A stretch of DNA of 64,000 nt, taken from Chiloscyllium plagiosum (Eukaryota). The position numbers and the translations under genes were made by a program. The stretch lies in the NCBI RefSeq assembly GCF_004010195.1, contig NC_057718.1:97823300-97887299 (forward strand). Direction: 5' to 3'. This document shows, piece by piece, positions 49,938-61,040 of this stretch. The notes below the pieces were generated by a model that did no database searches, was not told where the DNA came from, and was given only the letters and a program-made list of their open reading frames with translations. Numbering within the stretch: the stretch's first letter is position 1; each line of letters opens with the position of its first letter.

Positions 49938-50144
49938 ACACAACACCAGATTATAGTCCAACAGGTTTAATTGGAAGCACTAGCTTTCGGAGCGCTGCTC
50001 CTTCATCAGGTGGTTGTTATTGTACCTGATGAAGGAGCAGCGCTCTGAAAGTTAGTGCTTCCAATTAAACCTGTTGGACTATAACCTGGCGTTCTGTGAT
50101 TTTTAACTTTGTCCACCCCAGTCCAACACAGTCATCTCCAAATC
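49938..50144. mobile_element. PLE family-2 fold-back cassette in a CR1 remnant
   Basis: Inverted arms; TSD CTGA(G/C)GGGAATT. Confidence 0.88.
49978..50012 (-). ncRNA. Minimal type I hammerhead ribozyme motif (PLE family 2), best-preserved copy
   Basis: Minus strand reads CAC CUGAUGA A GGAGC AGC GCUCC GAAA GCUA GUG: helix I CAC/GUG, 5-bp helix II, palindromic AGCU helix III, CUA site. Confidence 0.75.
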
Positions 50145-50730
50145 CTGACGGGAATTGGCAGAGTAAATACTGAGTGTGATGCTCACTCTTGGAGGAGGGT
50201 CTAGAGCTATGAAACGTCATTTAAAAATAGGGCATCTCTGATTTAATGGGGAGAATTGTTTTTCTCTGTGGGTTGAAGTCATGGAATTTTCTTCCCCAGA
50301 GAACAGGGGTATATTTTTATGGCTAAGTTAGGTTCCTGGCAATGGAGTCCGAGGGTATAAGGGAAAAGTGGAGCTGAGACCACCAATCTGATTCCAGCAA
50401 ATACTGGAGCAGGCTTTATAGATTCATAGAATCCCTATAGTGTGGAGCACCCAGAGGAAAGCCTTGCAGATACGGGGAGAATGTGCAAACTCCACACAGA
50501 CAGTCACCCAAGGCTATAATCGAACCCACGTCCCTGGTGCTGTGAGGTAGCAGTGCTAACCACTGAGCCACCATGCTGCCCATATTGTTGAGCAGAAGGA
50601 CCCATTCCTGCTACTACTTCATGTAAGTTTGTTGTCCCTGTGTGTCTGCCCTGACAAAGGGCAAAGTTGCTGCCCTGATATTAATCTTGAGTGAGATTTG
50701 GCGAGGTGAAGTGAACATCCGCCAATGCCG

Positions 50731-50870
50731 TGGGCGGCACAGTGGCACAGTGGTTAGCACTGCTGCCTCACAGCGCCAGAGACCCGGGTTCAATTCCCGC
50801 CTCAGGCGACTGACTGTGTGGAGTTTGCACGTNNNNNNNNNNNNNTAATCTAATCTAATCTAATCTAATC
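50731..50870 (+). mobile_element. Young HE1-type SINE spanning an assembly gap
   Basis: Head GGGCGGCACAGTGGCACAGTGGTTAGC, N-run 50833-50845, (TAATC)5 tail. Confidence 0.85.
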
Positions 50871-51966
50871 TTCTCTGGGTAAACAGCCCAACATCAATAC
50901 CACAAGGCCATCACCTTCCCATCCTGTTCTGAGTAGGCCATGGGGAAAGACTGGAGGGTTTCTCTCTAAAAAAATACTGCAAATCAGTATTATGAAGTTA
51001 CCACTGACACCTAGCTGCTAGTTTAGCCTGGAAGACCGAGCAGAGAAGATGCCAAGGTGACCGACTGCAGGAACCTCGAGTTTTGTTGATCCCCCAGAGT
51101 CTCAAATGACACACCCACTTCTCCATTCCAAACCATCCCCACATACCAAGACAAACTCCTTTGTTTCCCCAGATGCCAGACACTGGCCTCTTGAGCCTCA
51201 ATTCTGCCCCTGACCAACTGTTGACCTGGTCTACACAAACAAGGCCCGGAAGGTGGTGAGAGGGATTGACGTGGCAAAGACCGAGCAGGTAATTTCTCTT
51301 TGTGGGGGGATATCTAGATCCAGGGGCCAGAATTTCAAAACGAGGGCTTTCTCATTTCAGACAGACATAAGGAGGAATTTCTTCTCACTGGGCATCACTG
51401 AGATTTGGATTCTCTTCCACAGAAAGCAAAGTGGGTTTTCACACTGAATACATTTGGAGCTGAGTTAGCATTTAGACTGAGGAAGGAGTAAAGCGTTACA
51501 GAGAGATAGGCAAAAAGATAGTGTTAAATGACAATCAAATCAGCCCTAATCTTATATAATTGTGGAGCAATTATCCCTTATCAATGGAATTCCCTGCCCA
51601 GTGAAGTAGTTAACACTACTTCAGTAAATGCTTTTAAAACTAAGATAGATTTTATTTGAACAATAAAGGAACCAAGGGTTACGGTGAGATTGCAGGTAAA
51701 TTGAGCTGAGGCCACAAAAAGATCAGCCATGATCTTACTGAATGGCAGAGCAGGCTCAAAGGGCCAGATGGCCTACTCATACTCCGAGTTGTTATGCTGT
51801 TATGTTCAAACTCCAGGCATCAAATCATCTGCTCCCTTTACCTTAGATTAATATCACTCAAGATTAATATCAGGGCAGCAACTTTGCCCTTTGTCAGGGC
51901 AGACACACATGGACAACAAACTTACATGAAGTAGTAGCAGGAATGGGTCCTTCTGCTCAACAATAT

Positions 51967-52280
51967 GGGCAGCATGGTGGCTCAGTGGTTAGCACTGCTA
52001 CCTCACAGCACCAGGGACGTGGGTTCAATTATAGCCTTGGGTGACTGTCTGTGTGGAGTTTGCACATTCTCCCCGTATCTGCAAGGCTTTCCTCTGGGTG
52101 CTCCGGTTTCCTCCCACATTCCAAAGATGTGCAGGTCAGGTGAATTGGCCAAGCTAATTTACCCATAGTGTTCATGGATGTGTGGATTAGGTGCATTAGT
52201 CATGGGTAGGTTACTCTTCTGCGGGTCGGTGTCAACTTGTTGGGCCGAAGGGCCTGCTTCCACACTATAGGGATTCTATG
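51967..52280 (+). mobile_element. HE1-type SINE (deleted mirror copy at ~50422-50581, minus)
   Basis: Full head, body and tail. Confidence 0.9.
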
Positions 52281-53162
52281 AATCTATAAAGCCTGCTCCA
52301 GTATTTGCTGGAATCAGATTGGTGGTCTCAGCTCCACTTTTCCCTTATACCCTCGGACTCCATTGCCAGGAACCTAACTTAGCCATAAAAATATACCCCT
52401 GTTCTCTGGGGAAGAAAATTCCATGACTTCAACCCACAGAGAAAAATAATTCTCCCCATTAAATAACTAAATTCTGCCATTTGCCATAGGGATATTTGAA
52501 CCCAGGTCCCCAGAATATGACTAAAGTCTCTGGATTAACAGTTCAACAATGGGCTTGATGCTGTACTGCAGAGAATTCTATTCAAAGAATAATGTTAGAA
52601 CACTTGCTGATTGTTTCATCGTTTTTATTTTTCCTTCCACCAGTTTTGGATGGGAGCTGTGAACCGGGGGAGGGATTGAAGGGAGGGAATGGAGCGATTG
52701 AGTCAAAACGCTTAATGGGGATGGAGCTACTTAGTGCTTCTTGCCTGATCTGAACTCACTGATCGTACCTTGCTTGGAATGTGCAATTTAGTCTTTAAAA
52801 TTGACCCAAGCCTTATTTTGAAATTCCAATTCGTATATTTGCTCATATCTTTTCCCGTGACTGTGAAGACATTTTTGCACCAAACATGGGCACAAATTGT
52901 GAAAAAGGATAAAACCACAGCCATAATATCACAAGGTTTGCTGGACTCTCTGTTAGTAATTTTAGTACGTCAAGCCAGGAGCATTATAAAATAATATTCG
53001 GGTAAAAACTGCACCAAACGCATTTAGTAGAACAGCATTAGACATACACATCAGTTTTCTGAACACAGTGGTCTCATTGTTGATCTGGTTGATTTTGAGG
53101 GGTTTCAAAGATTTATTAACAATTAAAGCCTACGTTTCCTGAAACATGACCACTTTGGTTTC

Positions 53163-53441
53163 AGATTACATTAGATTCCCTACAGTGTGGAAACAGGCCC
53201 TTTGGCCCAACATGTCCACATGACCCTCCGAAGAGCAACCCACCCAGACCCATTCCCTACCTTTACCCCTGACTAATGCACCTAACATTACGGGCAATTT
53301 AGCATGGCCAGTTCACCTGACCTGCACATCTTTGGACTGTGGGAGGAAACCCACGCAGACACTGGGAGAATGTGCAAACTCCACATAGACATTGCCCGAG
53401 ATGGGAATTGAACCCGGGTCCCTGGTGTAACCACTGAGCCA
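53163..53441 (-). mobile_element. HE1-type SINE
   Basis: Tail, body and partly deleted head. Confidence 0.88.
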
Positions 53442-53762
53442 TATTTTCATGGCATCCGGGCATTGTTGGGATTATGAGTTAGAACTGATGTTCATCTTCT
53501 TTTCTGTTCAGTTGGTGGCGTTGTATCCAAAATTAGAAAGTGATAGCTAGCCCACAGGCTTCAGGACAGAATGTGCTTTGCTTTCCCTGAGCTCTCAGTT
53601 GTGGGTACATGGATTCAATTGTTCAGCCGGAATTTGTGTTACTGCAGTTACTTAAAGGCAAATTCCCTCTGCATCCATCACGTTATTAGTCCATCTCCCT
53701 GGAACATAAATTAACCCCAAGCTCTGTTTGTCATACTATGCCTGGAGTTAACCCTTTTTCCA

Positions 53763-53958
53763 GGCAAAAGTGAGGACTGCAGATGCTGGAAATCAGAGTC
53801 TAGATAAGAGTGGTGCTGGAAATGCACAGCAGCTCAGGCAGCATCCGAGGAGCAGGAAAATTGACATTCCAGATGGAAGGGCTTTTGCCCGAAACGTCGA
53901 TTTTCCTGCTCCTCGGATGCTGCCTGACCTGCTGTGCTTTTTCAGCACCACTCTAATC
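53763..53958. mobile_element. PLE family-1 fold-back cassette
   Basis: Inverted arms; imperfect TSD TTAACC(C)TTTTTCCA. Confidence 0.85.
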
Positions 53959-54084
53959 TTAACCTTTTTTTTCCAATCAAGCTATTGTTCCCATGTTGAT
54001 CGTCCATGGTCTCGTCCCACCTCCATTTCTTTAAGCCCAGTGGATGTAGAATGGGACAATTCCTTGCCCTCACGCTGGTTGACA

Positions 54085-54570
54085 TTGTAATTTTGTTTCC
54101 TCATTCTTTCATGGTGTCCCTGGCAACGATCAGCATTTGTGGCCCACCCCTGATTGCCCTGGAACTGAGTGGTTTGCTATGGCCATTTCAGAGGGCAGTT
54201 AAGATTCGGTCATGTTGGTGTGGACCTGGAGTCAATGTCGGCCAGACCAGGTGAGGACAGCAGATTTCCTTTCATGTCAGTGAACCAGGTAGGTTTACTA
54301 CAACAAAAAAAAACAGAAATTACTGGAAAGGCTCACCAGGTGTGGCAGCATCCGTGGTGAGAATGTGTGGAGCTGTGGAAACCTGCTGAGCCTTTACAGC
54401 AACTTCTGTTTTTGTTTCTGATTTCCAGCATTCGCAATTCTTTCAGTTTACTGCGGCAATCGATGAGAATTGTCAGCAATACTCAGGGACGTTCCAGATT
54501 TATGAATTGATTTGGATCCACACCCCCGCAGCGTTGGTCTTGGCCTTCCTGTGACATTACTACAATGACC
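54085..54570 (-). mobile_element. SINE family C interrupted by a PLE family-3 fold-back (54300-54445)
   Basis: CAGCATTTGTGGCCCACCCCTGATTGCCCT...CAGAGGGCAGTTAAGA...GTGACATTACTACAATGACCA. Confidence 0.7.
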
Positions 54571-55436
54571 ACATCTTTCCTTAGATGCACTCTCTGCCTG
54601 CTTCATAAATGCAGTGAACTGTATCCTCACCTAATAAACTCCAGCACCATATCATTGAGAAAGGGTAACCTCTCCTCATCCTCCTTTTACTCCTGATGCC
54701 TTGACCTCCTGCATCTCTGCATGACCTTTGGTACGGCCTTCCATCAGTGCCTGTCCTGTTGGACTGCCCTCACTCGATTCTGTTTATTGGATCACTTCCT
54801 GGTCCCATTTGCTTAGTCGCATGACAAATATCATTTGAAAACAAGGGGCATAGCTGTCACAGTAGGAGTTGGCCAAGTGTGTGGATTACAACAACTGTCA
54901 GGCCAATAGGGATTCACATTTTGGAAAAATTATGTTCTTCCTTTCCTAACTTTCTGCTCATGATTCAGTGGAGATGTGACTGTAGATGGTTGTGGGACAC
55001 CAATGCACATTGAATGAAGCATTTGGAAAATTGTTCTAACGGAATTCAATTCAGTTTGTTGGTTCTGATTGAAGTGGTTAGCACTGACACCTCACCAGAC
55101 CAGGGGCCTGAGTTCAATTCCAGCTTCGGGTGAATGGCTTTGTGGAGTTTGCACATTCTCCCAGTGCCCACGTGGGTTTCATCCCACAGTCCAAAGACTA
55201 ATGGCCGGTCCTTGGGTAGTGTTGCAGACCAGAGGGACCTAGGGTGCTGGTACATCATTCTTTAAAGTTTGCGTCACATATAGACAGGGTGGTTAAGAAG
55301 GCGTTTAGCATACTTGCTTTCATTGCTCAGTCCTTCGAGTATAGGAGTTGGGCCGTCATGTTGATGTTGTACAGGATATTGGTGAGGCCTCTTCTGGAAT
55401 ATCGTGTCCAGTTCTGGTTGCCCAGTTATAGGAATG

Positions 55437-55637
55437 TGCTGCTGGAAAAGCGCAGCAGGTCAGGCAGCATCCAAGGAACAGGAGAATCGACGTTTCGGGC
55501 ATAAGCCCTTCTTCAGGAAGGGCTTATGTCCGAAACGTCGATTCTCCTGTTCCTTGGATGCTGCCTGACCTGCTGCGCTTTTCCAGCAACACATTTTCAG
55601 CTCTGATCTCCAGCATCTGCAGTCCTCACTTTTTCCT
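55437..55637. mobile_element. PLE family-1 fold-back cassette, young
   Basis: ~75-bp near-perfect stem; perfect 15-bp TSD CCAGTTATAGGAATG at 55422-55436 and 55638-55652. Confidence 0.92.
55485..55518 (-). ncRNA. Minimal type I hammerhead ribozyme motif (PLE family 1)
   Basis: Minus strand UUC CUGAAGA A GGGC UUAU GCCC GAAA CGUC GAUU: intact core, 4-bp helix II, ACGU palindrome, GUC site. Confidence 0.7.
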
Positions 55638-57651
55638 CCAGTTATAGGAATGATATTATTAAGCAGGAGAGAGTTCAGAAGAGATTTACCAGGATGTTGC
55701 CAGGTATGGAGTTATAAAGAAAGGCTGGGACTTATTTCACTGGAGTGTAGGAGGTTGACAGGTGACATGATAGAAGTTTATAAAATAGTGAGGGGTATAG
55801 ATAGAGTTGATGGTAATGGTCACTTTCCCAAGATGGGGAATTTCAAGATTAGGGTGCACATTTTTACGATGAGAGGAGAGAGATTTAAAAGAAGACGTAA
55901 GAGGTATGTTTTTTACACAGATGGTGGTTTGTGTGTGGAATGAACTTCCTGAGGAAGTGGTGGATGTGGGTACAGTTACAATATTTAAAAGACATTAAAA
56001 GATGGATACATAAATCGGAAAGATTTGGAGGGATATGAGCCAGGAGCAGGCAGGTGGGACTCTTTAGTCTGGGGTTATGTTCGATGTGGACTGGTTGGAC
56101 CGGAGGGTGTGTTTCCGTGCTGTATGACTCAATGGCTATTTGTGCAGGTGAGGTGGATTGGCCATGCTAAATTGTACACAATGTCCAAGAGTGTGCAGGC
56201 CAGGTGGGTAAACCAGTTAAATGTGGGGTGATGGGGATATGTTGAGGGATGGATCTGAGTGGGATGTTCTTTGGATGGTCGGTACAGACTCGATGAGCCA
56301 AATGGTCTCTGTTGGCATGGTGGGGATTCTGTGAAGTCACGGGAAAAGATATGAGCAAATATACAAATTGGAATCTTCAAAATAAGGCTTGGGTCAGTTA
56401 TAAAGTCTAAATTGCACATTCCAAACAAGGTACGATCAGGCAAATACTGAAGGCAAGGCACACTAAATAGCTCCATCCTCACCAAGAGGTTCAACTCATT
56501 ATCTGTTGATCTGTTTATACTGAGCAATTTTAAGTGGTGAGGTTTGTCAGTGATGGTTTGCTGTTGCCCTGCACTCTCAGGGTCAGCTCCTAAGTTGGCC
56601 TCAGCTGGAACAGGACTCCAGCCGCACTTTCTGCATTAATCTGTCTTACCCAGCTGGCTGAGATGTCCGGGCCCCATTTATACAACAGGCACTTCAGAAT
56701 TGCTTTTCAGTACCGTTCCCTTAACCCGTTTTGACAGTTGTGTCAGCCCTGACATTTCTGGGAGAGAGAGCATCGTGACTGCAGTTGAGAGGTTAGCTCA
56801 GGAATGAATGGCCTTCCGCAGTTCTGTGGTCACATTCCGATCAGCAGGACACCTCTTAATCCAGAGCATGAGGTCTCATAAACTCTAAAACTCGTCAATG
56901 ACACCGGTTAAGAAATCACATCAGCTTTATGGGGCCCAATGCGAAAGGTTAATTAATTAATAAAAATTAATTTCAATCAGATTAACGGCCCAAGTAAAGA
57001 ATGAAAGATTTGACATTTTAACTTTAGTTTCCTGTTTATATACGAAGAAAACTGTAGTACTGGACTTTTTAACTTACTTCCTCATCTCTTCAGTCCTGTA
57101 ACTAAGATTTTGCACCTTGGCACTTTATTCCTAAAATAGGACCGTGTGTGGTGACATTTCACTGTCCACCTGTACCCTGTATGTGTATGTGTGACAATAA
57201 AACTGAAATCTAAACCTAATATTTCATGTGCTGTATGAGCAGAATAAGTGGAGATCATTGGGATTATGACTTATGCACTTGCAAATTTGTCGCCATGGCT
57301 TTATGAGCTTAGACTCTCCATAAGCACCACAGTTTAATAGCACATGGCTAAAATGAATACAGTGATCAGCTGAATGTGAAGCGCAGGTTTCCCTCGGCAG
57401 CTGAATAATCAAAATAAGTTGCAGCTTCATTAGTATGGTTGGCCTGTGGCAGGGACGTAGTTAGATGGGGTGGGAGGAAGCAAACTGGCAAACGGGCAAA
57501 TTGTTTGTTGCTTTTTTGGGGTCACTTATGCTTACTGTGTATAAACGTTAATGGCATCTAATTGACATGAAATTTGAAAACTTATGAACCGTAATTTCCC
57601 AGACCCCAGTGTTTTAAGCTGCTTTACATCACTGTGTAGCTGCTGCTCTCT

Positions 57652-57840
57652 GAAGTGGTAGAGGCTGGTACAATTGCAACATTTAAGAGGCATTTGGATG
57701 GGTATATGAATAGGAAGGGTTTGCAGGGATATGGGCCGGGTACTGGCAGGTGGGTCGAGATTGGGTTGGGATATCTGGTCGGCAAAGACGGGTTGGACCG
57801 AATGGTCTGTTTTCATGCTGTACATCTCTATGACTCTATG
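57652..57840 (+). mobile_element. CR1/HER1-type LINE terminal fragment
   Basis: VVEAGTIATFKRHLDGYMN plus (CTCTATGA)n tail. Confidence 0.88.
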
Positions 57841-58069
57841 CACGCAACTGCTGTTGGTGAGATTGGCATCGATTTGAGTCCGAGTGTGTCACAGGTTAAG
57901 TTGAGGAGGTTCCAACATATTAAGTCAATACGTGATTAGGTTAGCACATTTATAACCAGCATCTGTTAAAGCATTTGAATAGATGATACAATTGAACATT
58001 CCACTCCCTACTGTAGTTACCCACAGTCATGGGGAATATGGTCCTTGTCATCTGCCTGAAGGGTAACTA

Positions 58070-59182
58070 GGGTGCCTCAGTGGTTAGCACTGCTGCCTGA
58101 CAGCATCAGGGACCTGGGTTTGGTTCCACCGTTGGGCAACTTTATTGGTCAGAGTATTGAGTACAGGAGTTGGGAGGTCATGTTGCGGCTGTACAGGACA
58201 TTGGTTAGGCCAATTTTGGAATATTGCATGTAATTCTGGTCTCCTTCCTATCGGAAGAATGCTGTGAAACTTGAAAGGGTTCAGAAAAGATTTACAAGGA
58301 TATTGCCAGGGTTGGAGGATTTGAGCTACAGGGAGAGATTGAATAGGCTGGGGCTGTTTTCCCTGGAGCATTGGGGGTTGAGGGGTGACCTTATAGATGT
58401 TTATAAAATCATGAGGGGAGCATGGATACGGTAAATAGACAAAGTCTGTTCCCTGGGGTGGGGGAAGTCCAGAACTAGATGGCATAAGTTTAGGGTGAGG
58501 GGGAGAGATATAAAAGAGACCTAAGGGGCAACTTTTTCTCGCAGAGGGTGGTACGGGAATGGAATGAGGAAGTGGTGGAGGCTGGTACAACACTAAATAG
58601 ACAAGGTCTTTTCCATGGGGTGGGGGAGTCCAGAACTAGAGGGCATAGGTTTAGGGTGAGAGGGGAAAGATATAAAAGGGACCTAAGGAGCAACATTTTC
58701 AATCAGAGGGTGGTGTGTATATGGAATGAGCTGCCAGAGGAAGTGGGTGAGGCTGGTACAATTGCAACATTTAAGAGGTATCTGGATGGGTATATGAATA
58801 GGAAGGATTTAGCGGGATATGGGCCAAGTCCTGGCAGGTGGGACTTGATTGGGTTGGGATATCTGGTCAGCATGGAGGAGTTGGACCGAAGGGTCTGTTT
58901 CTGTGCTATACATGTCTATGACTCTATGACTGTGCAAACTTCACACAGATATTCTCCGTGTCTGTGTGGGTTTCCTCCGGGTGCTCCGGTTTCCTCCCAC
59001 AATTCAAAGATGTGCAGGTTAGGTGGATTAGTTATGCTAAATTGCCCGGAGTGTTCAGGGTTGTGCAAGCTAGGTGGAGTAGCCATGGGAAAGTCAGGGA
59101 TAGGGTAAGTGTGTCGGGGTAGGATACTCTTTGGAGGGTTAGTATGGGTCAAATGGCCTGTTTCCACACTGCAGGGGTTCTA
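58070..59182 (+). mobile_element. HE1 SINE split by a CR1 fragment (58140-58930) with an internal ~160-bp duplication
   Basis: SINE head 58070-58140 and remainder 58930-59182; CR1 segment starting TAAATAGACAA occurs twice (58432, 58594). Confidence 0.88.
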
Positions 59183-60129
59183 AGAGTAGTTCTGATTGAA
59201 GCTTTCAAAACATGAAGGAGCTGAGTAGAGTAGATAGAAACTGGCCTGCTGTAAAAGTTTAAATAACGAGGGGACACGCGTTCAACATGGTTTGAGAAAG
59301 AAGCTAAAGTGATGTGAGAAAGTACTTTTTCACCCAACGAGTAGTTAGGGTCTAGAATGCACAACCTAAAAAGGTGGTAGAGGCACATTGAACAGAGGCA
59401 TTCGAGAGGACCTTGGATGACTGTGTGTTTTGAGTCAAACAAGCATGAATGGTATGTGGAAAAGGTAGAAGAATGGCTCAAAACCATGATGCTCGTTTGG
59501 AGAGCTGGTGCAGACATGATGGGCTGATTGGCCTCATTCCCCGAATCTGTGATCCTTTTATGGATTTGCAATGATGGTTGCTTGTAGATTTTCTGCATTG
59601 TTCAGAACTAAATAGCTTAATAGGGCAAGGCTGTAGCCATGCTTATTGGAACAATTGGATTCAGGTAGTGCCATCATCAGCACCCTTCTGTCTACATGAA
59701 GATGTGGCAAAACATGGCAATGGGTTGGCTTCAGACAGTGCACATTTGCGAATGGCTAAAGAGACCAATCCATGAAAGGATTGGTAGGTTTTGGTGCAAG
59801 TGCTGCTTTTTAAATTAAACAATGCTGCTCGGGGGATGTGGATTGTACTGCGTTTATTGCCCATCCCTAAATGCTCAGCAGTGTGTGGTGGTTTGTTGCC
59901 TTGGCTGCGATGGGGCAAGAGGGTAGGTGACCCACAGTACTGTCTGGGAGGGAGTTCCAAGACTTTGACCAGCGACAGGAAAGAAGGGACATTAATGTTC
60001 CAAGTGTGTGTATGTATTGTGGCTGAGAGGGGAACCTGTGTTTAGATGCCTCTGCTCCCCTAGACCTTCCAAATAGATAGAGGTGTCATTGTGGATCAGG
60101 GTTTTTCAGTGTTGACGCCTGTTGCCTAG

Positions 60130-60450
60130 TTGCCATAGCTACCGTCACAGCGATCCAGAAGTTGCCTCTGTCTTTGGCTTGTGCCTGTGAGCTGTGAAAC
60201 TTGGATGTTGAGAGCTTTCATGTCCCATCAATAAGCATCCTGGTGGTGGAGCTTTGTGCGTCTCACTGGTCAGACTGACTCTGGTCTCCATACAGAACGT
60301 TTTCAGGCATGTGTCCACTTTCTGTCCTGTGAATATCGCCAAGCCAACAATGTTGGCTGTCTGTTTGGTGAACGCCAACATATCGGGGCCAACCACATTT
60401 GTCATTTTTTAATAGTGTTGTCCTTGGGATGATCAGTGGTTCAATGTTGA
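60130..60450 (-). mobile_element. RTE-clade LINE 3' remnant
   Basis: Minus frame WLGDIHRTESGHMPENVLYGD resembles RTE WLGHVxRMxDGRIPKxVLYGE. Confidence 0.6.
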
Positions 60451-60804
60451 CTATGATTACAACAGTCGGACTGGATTGCCATGTTGGTACCCATCGAACC
60501 GCATTGGAGAAGAATCGTCCTCAATCTTGAATCTAAGGAGGGAGGTGCCAATTGTCACCAACACCAGGAACCCTTCTGTGCTTACTGTTGAGATTTCCAT
60601 ACTTCTCACCAGTGTTCTGAGAAAGCTGGTGGTGAAACAATATTGGCGGCGGAGGAAGACATAATTTGCACCACCCTGTGCCAGACTCCCGATGTATTGA
60701 TCACATGGGAGGGCATGAGTGCAAGATTGTGAAAGCACTGTGCAGCTTAGATTGTGCTGGAGCTAAAGATATAGAGTATGCCTTCCTAGTTGATTTTTAA
60801 TTAG

Positions 60805-61040
60805 AGAGTCATAGAGATGTACAGCACAGAAACAGACTTCGGTCCAAAGTGTCCATGCTGACTAGATATCCTAAATTAATCTAGTCCATTTGCCAGCATT
60901 TGACCCATATCTCTCTAAACACTTCCTATTCATGTACCCATCCAGATGTCTTTTAAACATTGTAATTGGACCAGCCTCCACCACCACCTCTGGTAGCTCA
61001 TTCCATACACACACCACCCTCTTCATTAAAATGTTGCCCA
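60805..61040 (-). mobile_element. CR1/HER1-type LINE terminal fragment
   Basis: GAGTCATAGAGATGTACAGC tail, reverse match to 23870-24097. Confidence 0.88.

Larger units (their letters stand above)
50241..52464. repeat. Inverted duplication, arms 50241-50694 and 51854-52464
   Basis: Arms are reverse complements with three visible substitutions; left arm lacks ~155 bp of the HE1 SINE present in the right arm. Confidence 0.92.
55074..56330 (+). mobile_element. HE1 SINE split by a CR1 fragment (~55200-56130), itself split by a PLE cassette
   Basis: SINE head 55074-55198 and tail 56140-56330; CR1 frame HIDRVVKKAFSILAFIAQSFEYRSWAVMLMLYRILVRPLLEY. Confidence 0.88.
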
